Source of the DNA: Solibacillus sp.
GTDB lineage: Bacteria; Bacillota; Bacilli; Bacillales_A; Planococcaceae
Reading direction: 5' to 3'
Assembly: GCF_040273735.1 (NCBI RefSeq)
Contig: NZ_JBELZM010000001.1
Location: forward strand, 56,070-120,069
DNA length: 64,000 nt
Shown here: in pieces, positions 49,973 through 60,767 of the stretch
Position numbering within the stretch: position 1 is the first letter of the stretch
Layout of the letters: every line of letters begins with the position of its first letter
The notes under the pieces: model-generated
What the model saw: the letters and a program-made list of their open reading frames with translations, nothing else
What the model was told of the DNA's origin: nothing
The model's database searches: none
Made by a program: the position numbers and the translations under genes

Positions 49973-50212
49973 ATGCGATTTTCATCCGTTCAGGAAAAGG
50001 AAATCATTGAAGCAACAAGCGGAAAATTTATCGGATATATTGTAGATGCGGAAGTGGACGAAAAAGAAGGTGCCATTACTGCGTTTATAATTTCCCCGCC
50101 AAAAAAGTTTTACCATTTATTTCAAGGGGAAGAGTTAGTTAAGAAAATTCTCTTTAGTAATATACTCACAGTCGGAAAAGATGTCATCTTAGTGAAATCA
50201 CCGGATGAATAG
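49973..50212 (+). CDS. ylmC: YlmC/YmxH family PRC-barrel sporulation protein
   Basis: 79 aa, S..E.KEII....G...G...D.E.D signature, in the conserved position. Confidence 0.85.
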   Translation: MRFSSVQEKEIIEATSGKFIGYIVDAEVDEKEGAITAFIISPPKKFYHLFQGEELVKKILFSNILTVGKDVILVKSPDE

Positions 50213-50225
50213 TTCACGCTATTCA

Positions 50226-50254
50226 TTGAAAATTAAACTATCACTTGATACAAT
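50226..50254 (+). promoter_or_regulatory. Candidate sigma-A promoter (TTGAAA-17-TACAAT) upstream of ylmE
   Basis: Hexamers and spacing read directly from the sequence. Confidence 0.45.
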
Positions 50255-50287
50255 GAGATAAACTATTGTTGTAAAGTTGGGAAAAAA

Positions 50288-50956
50288 GTGGCGAAAATCA
50301 TAGAAAACTTAAAGCAGATTCAACATCAAATAGAAATTGCAAAACAACGTGGCAATGCCGAACAGGCAGTCCAGATTATTGCTGTGACAAAAGAAGTAGA
50401 TGTCAACCGGACAGAAGAGGCGATTGAAGCGGGTCTTGTCCATTTAGGAGAAAACCGTCCTGAAGGCTTATTAAATAAGCTGGATTCGATTAACACAGCT
50501 GCTTCCTGGCATTATATAGGTTCATTACAGACAAGAAAAGTAAAGCAAGTAATTGATCAAATAGACTATTTACATTCTCTTGATCGATTAAGCCTGGCAG
50601 AAGAGATTGAAAAAAGAGCAACAAAACGAGTGAAATGTTTCTTGCAAGTAAATGTTTCCGGTGAAGAATCAAAACATGGACTAACGAAAGAACAAGCGCT
50701 GGATTTTGTAAAGCAGCTTGAGCAATTTTCAAAAATTGAAGTAGTAGGTTTAATGACAATGGCTCCTTTTACTGAAAATGAAACGATGATTAGACAAGTG
50801 TTTAAACAGTTAAAACAATTGCAACAAGAAGTGTCACAATTGAACATTCCAAATGTACCTTGTACTGAATTATCGATGGGCATGTCAAATGACTACGAAA
50901 TTGCAGTTGAAGAAGGGGCAACATTTGTTAGAATTGGAACAGCTCTTGTTGGTTAA
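50288..50956 (+). CDS. ylmE: YggS/YlmE family pyridoxal-phosphate homeostasis protein
   Basis: VTK....E.I.....G....GENR and WHYIG.LQ..K motifs. GTG start. Confidence 0.9.
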   Translation: MAKIIENLKQIQHQIEIAKQRGNAEQAVQIIAVTKEVDVNRTEEAIEAGLVHLGENRPEGLLNKLDSINTAASWHYIGSLQTRKVKQVIDQIDYLHSLDRLSLAEEIEKRATKRVKCFLQVNVSGEESKHGLTKEQALDFVKQLEQFSKIEVVGLMTMAPFTENETMIRQVFKQLKQLQQEVSQLNIPNVPCTELSMGMSNDYEIAVEEGATFVRIGTALVG

Positions 50957-50967
50957 GGAGGATTAAT

Positions 50968-51504
50968 ATGAGCATTAAAAATATTTTTGACAAGTTCTTT
51001 TATTTAGAAGAAATAGAAGAAGATTATGCTCCTGCCCAAACGCAAACAATGCAAAAACAAGCACCAAAAGCAGTTCAAAATGAACCACAGCAATTTTACC
51101 AGGATTATGGACAAAAGCAGCAACCACAACTCATTCAAAACCGAATGAAGAAGGAGCGTAAAATGCAACAGCAACCACCACGCAATGAAGTCGTGATGCA
51201 AAATCATAACAATGTTGTGAGCCTTCAAGCTGCGTCTTCATCGAAGAATTCCAAGTTAGTATTATTAGAACCACGCGTGTATGCAGAGGCGCAGGATATT
51301 GCAGAACATTTAAAAAATAAACGTGCCACTGTTGTCAATTTACAGCGCATCGACCGTGATCAAGGGAAGCGAATAATCGATTTTCTGAGCGGAACAGTGT
51401 ATGCTTTAGGTGGAGATATTCAGCGTATTGGAAATGATATTTTCTTATGTACACCAGAAAATGTAGAAGTATCAGGAGAAATTTCTAATTTAACGTTCGA
51501 GTAA
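50968..51504 (+). CDS. sepF: Cell division protein SepF (YlmF)
   Basis: Conserved C-terminal domain (VVLLEPR.Y.EAQ.IA..L......V.NL) after a Q-rich linker. Confidence 0.9.
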   Translation: MSIKNIFDKFFYLEEIEEDYAPAQTQTMQKQAPKAVQNEPQQFYQDYGQKQQPQLIQNRMKKERKMQQQPPRNEVVMQNHNNVVSLQAASSSKNSKLVLLEPRVYAEAQDIAEHLKNKRATVVNLQRIDRDQGKRIIDFLSGTVYALGGDIQRIGNDIFLCTPENVEVSGEISNLTFE

Positions 51505-51526
51505 TTAAATTTTGTGAGGTAAAAAC

Positions 51527-51787
51527 ATGATTATATTTTCAATTGTATCAACAGCATTTCTTGTTTACCGTTTTATGCTGATTGGATACATATTAATGTC
51601 TTGGGTTCCGGCACTGCAAGAATCGGCTGTTGGTCGTTTCCTGGAAACAGTCTGTGAACCGTATTTAGGATTCTTCCGCAAATTTATACCACCAATTGGC
51701 ATGATTGATATTTCACCAATTGTCGGTTTATTCGCGTTAGTATTTATCGAACGAGGCGTCTATAGCGTCCTAGCATTTTTCTTATAA
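51527..51787 (+). CDS. ylmG: YggT family membrane protein (YlmG)
   Basis: 86-aa, 2-TM protein in the conserved position. Confidence 0.85.
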   Translation: MIIFSIVSTAFLVYRFMLIGYILMSWVPALQESAVGRFLETVCEPYLGFFRKFIPPIGMIDISPIVGLFALVFIERGVYSVLAFFL

Positions 51788-51795
51788 TCTAATTG

Positions 51796-51825
51796 GAACT
51801 CCTGCCATTGTAGGAGTTTTCTTTA
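51796..51825 (+). terminator. Rho-independent terminator after ylmG
   Basis: aactcct/aggagtt stem followed by a T-rich tract. Confidence 0.55.
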
Positions 51826-51977
51826 TTTCCGGTTGGATCGCGGTTCACTGAATGAAGCGGTCAACATGCAATAGGAAAAGGTTTTTAAATTGGCTGAATG
51901 TCCTATACATAAAATAAAAGTTTAATTTAATCAGAAAGTGGAGAAATTAGTAACAAGTTTAAAAGAAAGTAGGAATC

Positions 51978-52769
51978 ATGATGGAGCATTTAATCCAACA
52001 TTTTCGTAAAGATGAACAACCTTTCATTGAGCAAGTTATTGGATGGCAGCGTGAAGTAGAAGATCGCTATGCTCCAAAATTAACCGATTTTTTAGATCCG
52101 AGACAGCGTTTTATCGTAGAGTCCATCGTTCATCAATCAGATGATCTACATGTATTCACAGAAGGGATATTTGAGGAAGCGGAGCGTAAACGAATGCTGA
52201 TTGCCCCTTCGTATTACGAACCTGCAGAAACCGATTTTCAAATTGCTGTGTACTCACTGAATTACCCGACAAAATTTGTCCAGCTGCGCCATCCTGACGT
52301 TTTAGGTGCCTTATTATCGATCGGGCTTGATCGCAGCAAGTTTGGGGATATTCGACTTGCCGATAATACAGTCCAATTTGCAATTGCATCGGAAATCGCG
52401 GACTATGTGCGGGCGCATTTAACGGGTATCGGCAAAGTGAAAGTAAGTGCTGAGGAAATGGATGAGACTACACCGTTTATCCAAAACATGGAGCAATGGG
52501 TCGAAAGCTCGTATACGGTTTCTTCAATGCGTCTGGATGTAGTCCTAGCGACAATCGTTAATATTTCCCGTCAAAAATCACAAAGCTTAATCAATGCCGG
52601 AAAAGTAAAAGTTAACTGGACTGTCAGGGAAGCTGTGGCCTTCGAATTGCAGGAAGGCGATATCATTTCGGCAAGAGGATATGGGCGGTTAAAAGTTATC
52701 CTGACAGAAGGACGGACAAAAAAAGATAAGATTCGATTACAAGTAGGACGTTTAGAGCAAAAAGTATAA
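51978..52769 (+). CDS. ylmH: S4-domain RNA-binding protein YlmH
   Basis: 263 aa with a C-terminal S4-like segment (RLD..LA......R......I..G.V.VN), upstream of divIVA. Confidence 0.85.
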   Translation: MMEHLIQHFRKDEQPFIEQVIGWQREVEDRYAPKLTDFLDPRQRFIVESIVHQSDDLHVFTEGIFEEAERKRMLIAPSYYEPAETDFQIAVYSLNYPTKFVQLRHPDVLGALLSIGLDRSKFGDIRLADNTVQFAIASEIADYVRAHLTGIGKVKVSAEEMDETTPFIQNMEQWVESSYTVSSMRLDVVLATIVNISRQKSQSLINAGKVKVNWTVREAVAFELQEGDIISARGYGRLKVILTEGRTKKDKIRLQVGRLEQKV

Positions 52770-52864
52770 TTTTCAACTGTTTTTTAGGAAAACATGATGT
52801 TATTCAGAAAAGAAACGTTTATAATACTTGTAAGAATGTACGTAAAAAAGGAGAGTAGAACGAT

Positions 52865-53410
52865 ATGCCATTATCACCTCTTGATATACATAATAAGGAG
52901 TTTACACGTGGATTCCGTGGATATGCAGAAGACGAAGTAAATGAATTTTTAGATCAGATTATAAAAGATTATGAGATTGTTTTACGCGAGAAAAAAGAGC
53001 TCGAAGAAAAGATTAAAATGATGTCGGAACAAATGAATCATTACAATTCATTGGAAGACACATTACAGAAATCAATTGTCGTTGCTCAAGAGGCAGCTGG
53101 CGAAGTTCGTCGCAATTCCGAAAAAGAAGCAAAGCTCATCGTTAAAGAAGCTGAAAAAAATGCGGATCGTATTGTAAATGACGCACTGGCAAAAGCGAGA
53201 AAAGTGACGATTGAGATTGACGAATTGAAAAAACAGTCGAAAGTATTCCGCAACAGATTTAAAATGTTAGTGGAAGCACAGCTTGATTTACTGAATACAG
53301 GTGATTGGGATCAATTACTCGAATATGACGTAGACTTAACGGAAATTCAGGAAAACAATCGTAAAGAGATCAATGAAGAGAGCCAAAATGACGAAAATGC
53401 CGTGTATTAG
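52865..53410 (+). CDS. divIVA: Septum-site determining protein DivIVA
   Basis: N-terminus MPLSPLDIHNKEFTRGFRGY.EDEVNEFLD followed by a coiled coil. Confidence 0.93.
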   Translation: MPLSPLDIHNKEFTRGFRGYAEDEVNEFLDQIIKDYEIVLREKKELEEKIKMMSEQMNHYNSLEDTLQKSIVVAQEAAGEVRRNSEKEAKLIVKEAEKNADRIVNDALAKARKVTIEIDELKKQSKVFRNRFKMLVEAQLDLLNTGDWDQLLEYDVDLTEIQENNRKEINEESQNDENAVY

Positions 53411-53420
53411 TCTATGGTAC

Positions 53421-53450
53421 TTGACATTTTATACAGCCTTTTCATATACT
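53421..53450 (+). promoter_or_regulatory. Sigma-A promoter for the ileS leader (TTGACA-18-TATACT)
   Basis: Near-consensus hexamers read directly from the sequence. Confidence 0.6.
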
Positions 53451-53469
53451 GAAAAATAATGAATAGGAT

Positions 53470-53722
53470 GCAATGCATCATGCTTTGACGGAGACAGTAA
53501 ATTTAACATTGTGGTTTAGCGATTCGAGGACGGTGAGAGCTCGAACGAAGCAAGTTAAATCGAAAATCACTCCTGAGCTAAATAACTGAAATTCGAGTAA
53601 GTTATTTCGTAGCACACGACGTTACAGTGTCTAATGAGGCTAATTTTAATTAGCGAATTTAGGGTGGTACCACGAGACTAATGCTCCTCGTCCCTTTTTA
53701 CAGGGATGGAGGGGCTTTTTTG
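53470..53722 (+). promoter_or_regulatory. T-box riboswitch leader, isoleucine specifier (AUC)
   Basis: T-box sequence aatttagggtggtaccacg at 53656-53674. Specifier-loop context gaaaATCa, with ATC at 53566-68. Terminator ctcctcgtccct/agggatggaggggc followed by T6 at 53683-53722. Confidence 0.85.
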
Positions 53723-53800
53723 TTGTTTAAAAAGCTTCCTAATCCTTAAGAGCATTAAAAAAACATGGAAATTTAGAACGCTACATTTATTTGCTAAAGC

Positions 53801-53897
53801 TGTTGATTAGAATTTAGGGGAGGATGGAACGAATGCTAAAATCTTCACGTCCTGTGACAACGCATTCGTGAATCGGTCCCCGATAGGAGAAAATCAA
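53801..53897 (+). repeat. Copy C of the dispersed structured element, located inside the ileS 5' leader
   Basis: The closing stem is gttgatt (53801-07) paired with aatcaac (53891-97), and the 8-bp stem is 53828-35 paired with 53861-68. Hairpin 1 is tcac-GTCCT-gtga (53844-56) and hairpin 2 is atcg-GTCCC-cgat (53871-83). Confidence 0.65.
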
Positions 53898-53942
53898 CAA
53901 TCATTATTCAGCAATCGATAAGATCATTAGGAGGAATTTACA

Positions 53943-56708
53943 ATGGTAGAGTATAAAGACACATTATTAATGCCGAAAACCGACTTCCCTATGCGCGGCG
54001 GTTTACCAACAAAAGAACCGCAAGTTCAGGCGCAATGGGATGAAATGGATATTAACAAATTAGTACTGGAGCGTACAAAAGATCGTCCTCACTATTTACT
54101 GCATGATGGCCCTCCATATGCAAACGGAGATATCCATATCGGTCACGCATTAAATAAAGTCATCAAAGACATGATCAACCGTCAAAAATCAATGTCAGGT
54201 TTCCACGTGCCATATATTCCAGGTTGGGATACACATGGTTTACCAATCGAGCAGGCACTAACAAATAAAGGTGTTAAACGTAAAGAAATGTCGGTTGCAG
54301 AGTTCCGTGAACTATGCGAGAAATATGCATATGAACAAATCGAAAACCAAAAAAGCCAATTCCGTCGCCTAGGTGTACGTGGTGACTGGGAAAATCCGTA
54401 TATTACATTAAAACCTGAATTCGAAGCACGCCAAATTGAAGTATTCGGGAAAATGGCGGAGAAGGGCTATATTTATAAAGGCTTAAAACCAGTTTATTGG
54501 TCACCATCTTCTGAATCTGCATTGGCAGAAGCAGAAATCGAATATAAAGATGTTGAATCTTATTCAATTTATGTAGCATTCGGCATTAAAGACAGCAAAG
54601 GCGTAGTACCGGCTGACGCTAAATTTGTCATCTGGACAACAACGCCATGGACGATTCCGGCAAACTTAGGGATTTCGGTTAACCCTGAATTCACATATGT
54701 AGTCGTAGAAACAAACGGCAGCAAATATATTGTTGCAAAAGATTTACTGGAAAAACTATCATCGACATTTGGCTGGGAAAATGTACAAATCGTTCAGGAA
54801 GTACAAGGCGAACAGCTTGATATGATCGTTGCAGAACACCCAATTTACAAACGTGATTCATTAGTGATGGTTGGCGACCACGTAACTGCTGATGCAGGTA
54901 CGGGATGTGTACACACAGCACCAGGTCACGGTGAAGACGACTATCAGATCGGCAAACGCTACGGTCTGGATATTTTATCACCGGTAGATAACGGTGGCTG
55001 CTACACAAATGAAGCACCTGGTTTTGAAGGGTTATTCTATGAAAAAGCAAATCCGGTTGTCATTGAAAAATTAAAAGAAGAAAATGTATTATTACATGTT
55101 TCTAAATTTACACACTCATACCCGCATGACTGGCGTACGAAAAAACCGGTAATTTACCGTGCAACACCACAATGGTTCGCATCTGTTGAAATGTTCCGCA
55201 GTGAATTATTGGATGCAGTAACAGCGACAGAATTTACACCGGCATGGGGGGAAACACGTCTTTACAATATGATTCGCGACCGTGGTGACTGGGTAATTTC
55301 CCGTCAGCGTGCATGGGGTGTACCAATTCCGATTTTCTATGCGGAAGATGAAACACCAATCATCACATCAGAAACAATTGCGTATATTTCAAAATTATTC
55401 CGTGAACACGGTTCGAATATTTGGTTCCAGCGTGAAGCAAAAGACTTGCTACCTGAAGGCTTTACACATGAAGGCAGCCCGAACGGCAAGTTTACAAAAG
55501 AAAACGACATTATGGACGTATGGTTCGACTCAGGATCATCTCACCAGGGTGTATTAGCAGAGCGCGGAATGAAGTATCCTGCTGACCTTTATCTTGAAGG
55601 TTCTGACCAGCACCGGGGCTGGTTCAACTCTTCATTAATCACATCAGTTGCGATTAATGGGCATGCACCATATAAAGGTTTATTAACACATGGTTTCGTA
55701 TTGGACGGCGAAGGACGCAAAATGTCTAAATCGCTTGGTAACACGATTGACCCGATCAAAGTGATGAACCAATACGGTGCCGACATTATTCGTATGTGGG
55801 TAGCATCTGTTGACTATACAGGAGATGTTCGTATTTCAATGGATATGTTGAAGCAAGTTTCTGAGACATACCGTAAAGTGCGTAATACATTGCGCTTCCT
55901 GCACGGGAATGTGACAGACTTTAACGAAACGACTGACCGTGTACCTTACGAAGAGTTACGTGAAATGGATCAGTATATGTACATGCGATTACAGGATGTT
56001 GTAAAAACAATCCGTGAAGCATATGACCGTTATGACTTCTCAACTGTTTACACAACTGTGAATAACTTTGTAGCAATCGAGCTTTCTTCATTCTACTTGG
56101 ATATCGCAAAAGATGTTGTGTATATCGAAGGAACTGACAACAAAAACCGTCGTGCAATGCAAACTGTTATGTATGATACATTAATGGCATTAGTAAAATT
56201 ATTAACGCCAATTATTCCACATACGACAGAAGAGTTATGGAGCTACATCGAGTTCGATGGCAAGCCGCAATCTGTACAATTAACAGATTTCCCAGAAGTA
56301 GTAGAACAAGCAAACTTTGCAGAATTGCGTACGAAATGGGTAAAAGTAATTGCAGTACGCAATGAAGTGTTAAAAGCATTGGAAGAAGCGCGTAATGCAA
56401 AAACAATCGGTAAATCATTGGAAGCGAAAATTTCGGTTTATGCAGACAGTGAAACAGTCGAGCTATTGAATGATGCAAACATCGATTTTGCACAGCTTTC
56501 AATTGTATCTCAATTCTTCATCGCAGGCAGTAAGGAAAATGCACCTGCAGAAGCTTTAGTACTTGATAAAACAGCATTAGTTGTTGAAAAAGCAGACGGT
56601 GAAAAATGTGAGCGTTGCTGGACAATTTCAGAAACAGTCGGCGCAAGCGAAAACCATCCAACACTATGTAAACGATGTGCGGATGTTGTAGAAAACTATT
56701 ACGTATAA
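53943..56708 (+). CDS. ileS: Isoleucine--tRNA ligase
   Basis: 921 aa with HIGH ([11 protein letters not shown]), KMSKS and a C-terminal zinc-binding CERCW...CKRC motif. Confidence 0.98.
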   Translation: MVEYKDTLLMPKTDFPMRGGLPTKEPQVQAQWDEMDINKLVLERTKDRPHYLLHDGPPYANGDIHIGHALNKVIKDMINRQKSMSGFHVPYIPGWDTHGLPIEQALTNKGVKRKEMSVAEFRELCEKYAYEQIENQKSQFRRLGVRGDWENPYITLKPEFEARQIEVFGKMAEKGYIYKGLKPVYWSPSSESALAEAEIEYKDVESYSIYVAFGIKDSKGVVPADAKFVIWTTTPWTIPANLGISVNPEFTYVVVETNGSKYIVAKDLLEKLSSTFGWENVQIVQEVQGEQLDMIVAEHPIYKRDSLVMVGDHVTADAGTGCVHTAPGHGEDDYQIGKRYGLDILSPVDNGGCYTNEAPGFEGLFYEKANPVVIEKLKEENVLLHVSKFTHSYPHDWRTKKPVIYRATPQWFASVEMFRSELLDAVTATEFTPAWGETRLYNMIRDRGDWVISRQRAWGVPIPIFYAEDETPIITSETIAYISKLFREHGSNIWFQREAKDLLPEGFTHEGSPNGKFTKENDIMDVWFDSGSSHQGVLAERGMKYPADLYLEGSDQHRGWFNSSLITSVAINGHAPYKGLLTHGFVLDGEGRKMSKSLGNTIDPIKVMNQYGADIIRMWVASVDYTGDVRISMDMLKQVSETYRKVRNTLRFLHGNVTDFNETTDRVPYEELREMDQYMYMRLQDVVKTIREAYDRYDFSTVYTTVNNFVAIELSSFYLDIAKDVVYIEGTDNKNRRAMQTVMYDTLMALVKLLTPIIPHTTEELWSYIEFDGKPQSVQLTDFPEVVEQANFAELRTKWVKVIAVRNEVLKALEEARNAKTIGKSLEAKISVYADSETVELLNDANIDFAQLSIVSQFFIAGSKENAPAEALVLDKTALVVEKADGEKCERCWTISETVGASENHPTLCKRCADVVENYYV

Positions 56709-56714
56709 AAATTC

Positions 56715-56750
56715 GGAACGCTATTGCCATTTTGGTAATGGCGTTCCTTT
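56715..56750 (+). terminator. Rho-independent terminator after ileS
   Basis: ggaacgctattgcc/taatggcgttcc stem followed by TTT. Confidence 0.7.
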
Positions 56751-56799
56751 ATACCTTTTATATTTTTCAGAAAAATAAAACATTTAGGAGTTGTACATT

Positions 56800-57516
56800 T
56801 TGGAACAAATTGAACAAAAGCCATTAACTCCTGATACTTTTATGCAGGGGATAAAAGATTGTGTACCGACATTGCTAGGGTATATTAGCATAGGTCTTGC
56901 ATTTGGTGTTGTAGGAATTGCATCAGGCATATCGGTATTGGAAGTATTTTTACTATCGGTGCTTGTATATGCGGGTTCCGCCCAGTTTATATTTTGCGGA
57001 TTGTATTTAGCCGGAGCCCCTGTAACAGCAGTCATAGTCACAATTTTTATCGTCAATTTACGGCACTTGCTGATGTCACTGACAATTGCACCTTACTTCA
57101 CAAAGTATTCTACGCTGCGTAATATCGGGTTCGGGACATTGCTTACAGATGAAACATTCGGTGTTTCCGTCGTTGCTGCAGGAAAAGAAGGACGTCTTGG
57201 CGGAAAATGGATGGATGGTTTAAACATAACGGCCTATACAACTTGGATAGCGGCTTGTACAATAGGTGGCATTATCGGGCAATGGCTGCCGGATCCGGAA
57301 AAATGGGGACTGGATTATGCTTTAGTGGCAATGTTTGTCGCACTGCTTGTTCTGACGCTTGCGAGCATTCCAAAAGAAAAATTAATGCATTACATAAAAC
57401 TGATTTTCATTATGATCATCAGCATGTACGGGATGCTCTACTTTATGCCCGGGCATTTAGCTGTTTTGTTATCAACGATGATTGTTGCAACGATTGGGGT
57501 GGTATTGGAAAAATGA
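56800..57516 (+). CDS. azlC: AzlC family branched-chain amino acid exporter subunit
   Basis: Polytopic membrane protein with an AzlC-like sequence (YAGSAQF). The TTG at 56800 lies 9 nt after TAGGAG. Confidence 0.8.
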   Translation: MEQIEQKPLTPDTFMQGIKDCVPTLLGYISIGLAFGVVGIASGISVLEVFLLSVLVYAGSAQFIFCGLYLAGAPVTAVIVTIFIVNLRHLLMSLTIAPYFTKYSTLRNIGFGTLLTDETFGVSVVAAGKEGRLGGKWMDGLNITAYTTWIAACTIGGIIGQWLPDPEKWGLDYALVAMFVALLVLTLASIPKEKLMHYIKLIFIMIISMYGMLYFMPGHLAVLLSTMIVATIGVVLEK

Positions 57517-57839
57517 CAACCTCAGTAGCGATGGTATTATTAATTTTAGGCTGTGCTTTAGTAACTTGGATTCCTAGAATATTGCCGTTTATATTAGTGA
57601 AAAATATGAAGATGCCAAAAATCGTCCTGCGATGGCTTGCCTACATACCGGTTTGTATATTGTCCGCCCTCGTAATTGAAGGTTTCTTCGAGAAAGAAGA
57701 AGCAATCGTTACGGTTCAATGGCTTAATGTAATGGCATTTATTCCGACATTATTTGTTGCATTACTCACAAAAAGTTTATCCAAAACAGTAATTGCCGGT
57801 GTCGTGACAATGGCGGGGCTGCGATTAATTGTCGGCTAA
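57513..57839 (+). CDS. azlD: AzlD family branched-chain amino acid transport protein
   Basis: 108-aa hydrophobic protein. Its ATG overlaps the azlC stop (ATGA). Confidence 0.8.
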   Translation: MTTSVAMVLLILGCALVTWIPRILPFILVKNMKMPKIVLRWLAYIPVCILSALVIEGFFEKEEAIVTVQWLNVMAFIPTLFVALLTKSLSKTVIAGVVTMAGLRLIVG

Positions 57840-57852
57840 ATTAAACAGACAG

Positions 57853-57891
57853 AAGCTTATTTAGTTATTCAGGACTGGATAAGCTTTTTTT
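57853..57891 (+). terminator. Rho-independent terminator after azlD
   Basis: aagcttat/ataagctt stem followed by T7. Confidence 0.65.
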
Positions 57892-58019
57892 GTAGAACGT
57901 TACTATTTATGAAAAGAGTTTTATTTTCCTTTCTTGTCACTTTTCACGCATTAAAAATATCAGATGCTCTGATTTTTATGTTAAAATAGGAAAGATATAT
58001 CGTAAACGGAGGATTTGCT

Positions 58020-58496
58020 GTGTATAAATATTACGGAATCGCAATAATTGCAGTCATTTTGGATCAATGGACAAAGTGGCTCATTGTTAAAAATATGGAA
58101 TTAGGGGAACGCATCAGTGTATGGGATCCTTGGTTTGGCATCTTATCGCATCGAAACCGTGGTGCGGCATGGGGCATGTTAGAAGGACAAATGTGGTTGT
58201 TCTCAGTCGTAACAGTAGCTGTCATTATCGCAATTATTTATTTTAATCATACAGAAGCAAAGGGTAAGCCACTATTTCATGTAAGTTTAATGCTGTTATT
58301 AGGTGGTGCGGTAGGTAACTTTATTGACCGTTTATTCCGAGGAGAAGTAGTTGATTTTGTCGATGTTTTTATACCGGTAATCAATTATCATTTCCCGATC
58401 TTCAATATCGCAGACGCAGCTTTGACAATTGCTGTTGTAATGCTTTTCATTACGATCATACTAGAAGAAAAAAAGGATAAGAAAAAGGTGAAATAA
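58020..58496 (+). CDS. lspA: Lipoprotein signal peptidase II
   Basis: NRGAAWG and FNIAD motifs. The GTG start follows ACGGAGGA. Confidence 0.92.
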   Translation: MYKYYGIAIIAVILDQWTKWLIVKNMELGERISVWDPWFGILSHRNRGAAWGMLEGQMWLFSVVTVAVIIAIIYFNHTEAKGKPLFHVSLMLLLGGAVGNFIDRLFRGEVVDFVDVFIPVINYHFPIFNIADAALTIAVVMLFITIILEEKKDKKKVK

Positions 58497-59398
58497 TGAC
58501 AATAGTCACATTAACAATAGAAGAATTTGCAGGGGAACGTATCGATAAGGCACTTTCACAAATGGAAGAATCTTGGTCACGTTCGCAAATTAGTAACTGG
58601 CTGGAGGCAGAACGTATTTTAGTGAACGGTGCAGCCGTAAAACCAAAATATAAAGTGAAGCAAGGGGACGTTATTGAAGTAACGGTTCCGGAAGTAGAAG
58701 ATTTGGAAATCATTCCAGAAGATTTGAATTTGGAAATCGTTTACGAAGATGCAGACGTATTAGTCGTGAATAAACCGCGTGGAATGGTAGTTCACCCGGC
58801 ACCAGGCCATACTTCTGGCACATTAGTGAATGGTTTAATGCATCATTGCAAAGACTTATCTGGCATTAACGGTGTGGCACGTCCAGGTATCGTACACCGT
58901 ATTGATAAGGATACGTCCGGTTTATTGATGGTTGCAAAAAATGATGTTGCCCATGAAAGTCTTGTCAATCAGCTTGTTGAGAAGTCTGTAACACGTAAGT
59001 ATACAGCATTAGTACATGGTCATATTGCGCATGAAAAAGGAACAATTGATGCACCGATCGGCCGTGACCAGAAAGACCGTCAAAAGCAGGCAGTTGTCGA
59101 TAAAGGCAAGCATGCGGTTACACATTTCCAAGTAATCGAGCGTTTCGGCGAGTTTACTTTAGTAGAGTGCCGTCTTGAAACAGGTCGTACTCACCAAATT
59201 CGTGTGCACATGAACTATATCGGTTTCCCATTAGCGGGTGACCCAAAATACGGTCCAAGAAAAACTATCGATTTCGGCGGACAAGTATTACATGCAGGTG
59301 TATTAGGATTTATCCACCCTGTAACGAAAGAATATTTAGAGTTTGAATCCCCGCTACCGGAAGATTTCAAACAATTATTAGAAGAATTACGCGGGTAA
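58496..59398 (+). CDS. rluD: 23S rRNA pseudouridine synthase RluD family (YlyB)
   Basis: S4 domain plus HRIDKDTSGLL and the RTHQIRVH catalytic-domain motifs. Confidence 0.93.
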   Translation: MTIVTLTIEEFAGERIDKALSQMEESWSRSQISNWLEAERILVNGAAVKPKYKVKQGDVIEVTVPEVEDLEIIPEDLNLEIVYEDADVLVVNKPRGMVVHPAPGHTSGTLVNGLMHHCKDLSGINGVARPGIVHRIDKDTSGLLMVAKNDVAHESLVNQLVEKSVTRKYTALVHGHIAHEKGTIDAPIGRDQKDRQKQAVVDKGKHAVTHFQVIERFGEFTLVECRLETGRTHQIRVHMNYIGFPLAGDPKYGPRKTIDFGGQVLHAGVLGFIHPVTKEYLEFESPLPEDFKQLLEELRG

Positions 59399-59403
59399 TC
59401 GCG

Positions 59404-59441
59404 AACAGCCGTCTCCTTTTTTTGGGGGCGGTTGTTTTTTT
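59404..59441 (+). terminator. Rho-independent terminator after rluD
   Basis: aacagccgtctcc/gggggcggttgtt imperfect stem followed by T7. Confidence 0.6.
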
Positions 59442-59488
59442 GATTCAATGCATTATATACTGCGTGTTGTGGCATTCAGGTGTTTTTA

Positions 59489-59830
59489 CTGGAACATTTG
59501 AAGTAGATATAGAAGAAGTTGGAGCGATAGTAGAAGAAGTTGGAGTGATATTAGAAGGGAAGTGGCTTTAATTAGAAAACGGGTAGGAATGGTTCCGGTT
59601 AGAGGCATTGATATTTGCATGCATTGATGTTCTGACAGCTTAAAGTGATTTCATTAGAACATTTGAAGTGGATATTAGAAGAAGCTCAGCAGATATTAGC
59701 ACATAAGGAAGCTTTATTAGAAAATCTCGAATACTTATTTGAACAATCAACCATTATATTAGAAGATCAGACTTTTATTAGAAGATTTCAAAATATATTA
59801 GAACATTCAGCTCATTTATTAGAAAATCCC
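59489..59830 (+). repeat. Two-block array of about 13 degenerate 21-nt units with an (A/T)TTAGAA core
   Basis: TAGAA-type cores start at 59510, 59531, 59552 and 59573 in block 1. In block 2 they start at 59655, 59676, 59697 (TAGCA), 59718, 59739 (TTGAA), 59760, 59779, 59799 and 59820. A 27-nt direct repeat links 59493-59520 to 59658-59684. Confidence 0.85.
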
Positions 59831-59906
59831 CGCAAAGTACAAAAACGAAGTAAAATTCAGACTCTTCAAACATTAATTTTCAGTTGTCTGACCTTCACAA
59901 AGTTTG

Positions 59907-59935
59907 TTGACTTATTAAATAATCAAGCCTATACT
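59907..59935 (+). promoter_or_regulatory. Sigma-A promoter of the pyr operon (TTGACT-17-TATACT)
   Basis: Near-consensus hexamers about 85 nt upstream of the first PyrR binding loop. Confidence 0.65.
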
Positions 59936-60014
59936 GACAACAGTGAACTACAGAACTTGACGAGAGCAAGCAGGTAGTCACAGCAAATCAAATCAATCTG
60001 AATATTGTTCACCT

Positions 60015-60143
60015 TTAATGGCAGTCCAGAGAGGCTGAGAAGGGATAATGTGAAGCAACGGAATTTTTGTGCGCAAAAATACCCGTGTGCAGTTTTTCAA
60101 CATGACTTTTCAAACCCTCTAGAACTTTCTAGAGGGTTTTTTG
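60015..60143 (+). promoter_or_regulatory. PyrR-dependent transcription attenuator 1 (binding loop plus terminator)
   Basis: AGTCCAGAGAGGCT at 60023-36 matches the PyrR binding-loop consensus. Terminator aaaccctctaga/tctagagggttt followed by a T-run at 60112-60143. Confidence 0.85.
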
Positions 60144-60160
60144 TTTGAAACTTACATTGA

Positions 60161-60745
<585 letters not shown>

Positions 60746-60767
60746 GTGAATACAGGGAGAGAACATC

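Noticed and set aside
57207-57512. 102-codon N-terminal extension of the azlD ORF in the track
   Set aside because: It overlaps azlC in another frame. The hydrophobic AzlD sequence begins at the ATG at 57513, which is coupled to the azlC stop (ATGA).
59489-59830. Possible CRISPR array
   Set aside because: The period is only about 21 nt. There is no alternation of identical 24-40 nt repeats with unique spacers, and no cas genes are in the window.
59645-59977. 110-aa ORF (GTG start) spanning block 2 of the ATTAGAA array. It translates to heptad-like ILE/LLE repeats.
   Set aside because: It has no Shine-Dalgarno sequence. One repeat unit is read in a different frame from its neighbours. Block 1 of the same repeat is closed by a stop codon. 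A near-consensus pyr promoter lies inside its 3' part. The open frame is most likely a by-product of a stop-poor DNA repeat.
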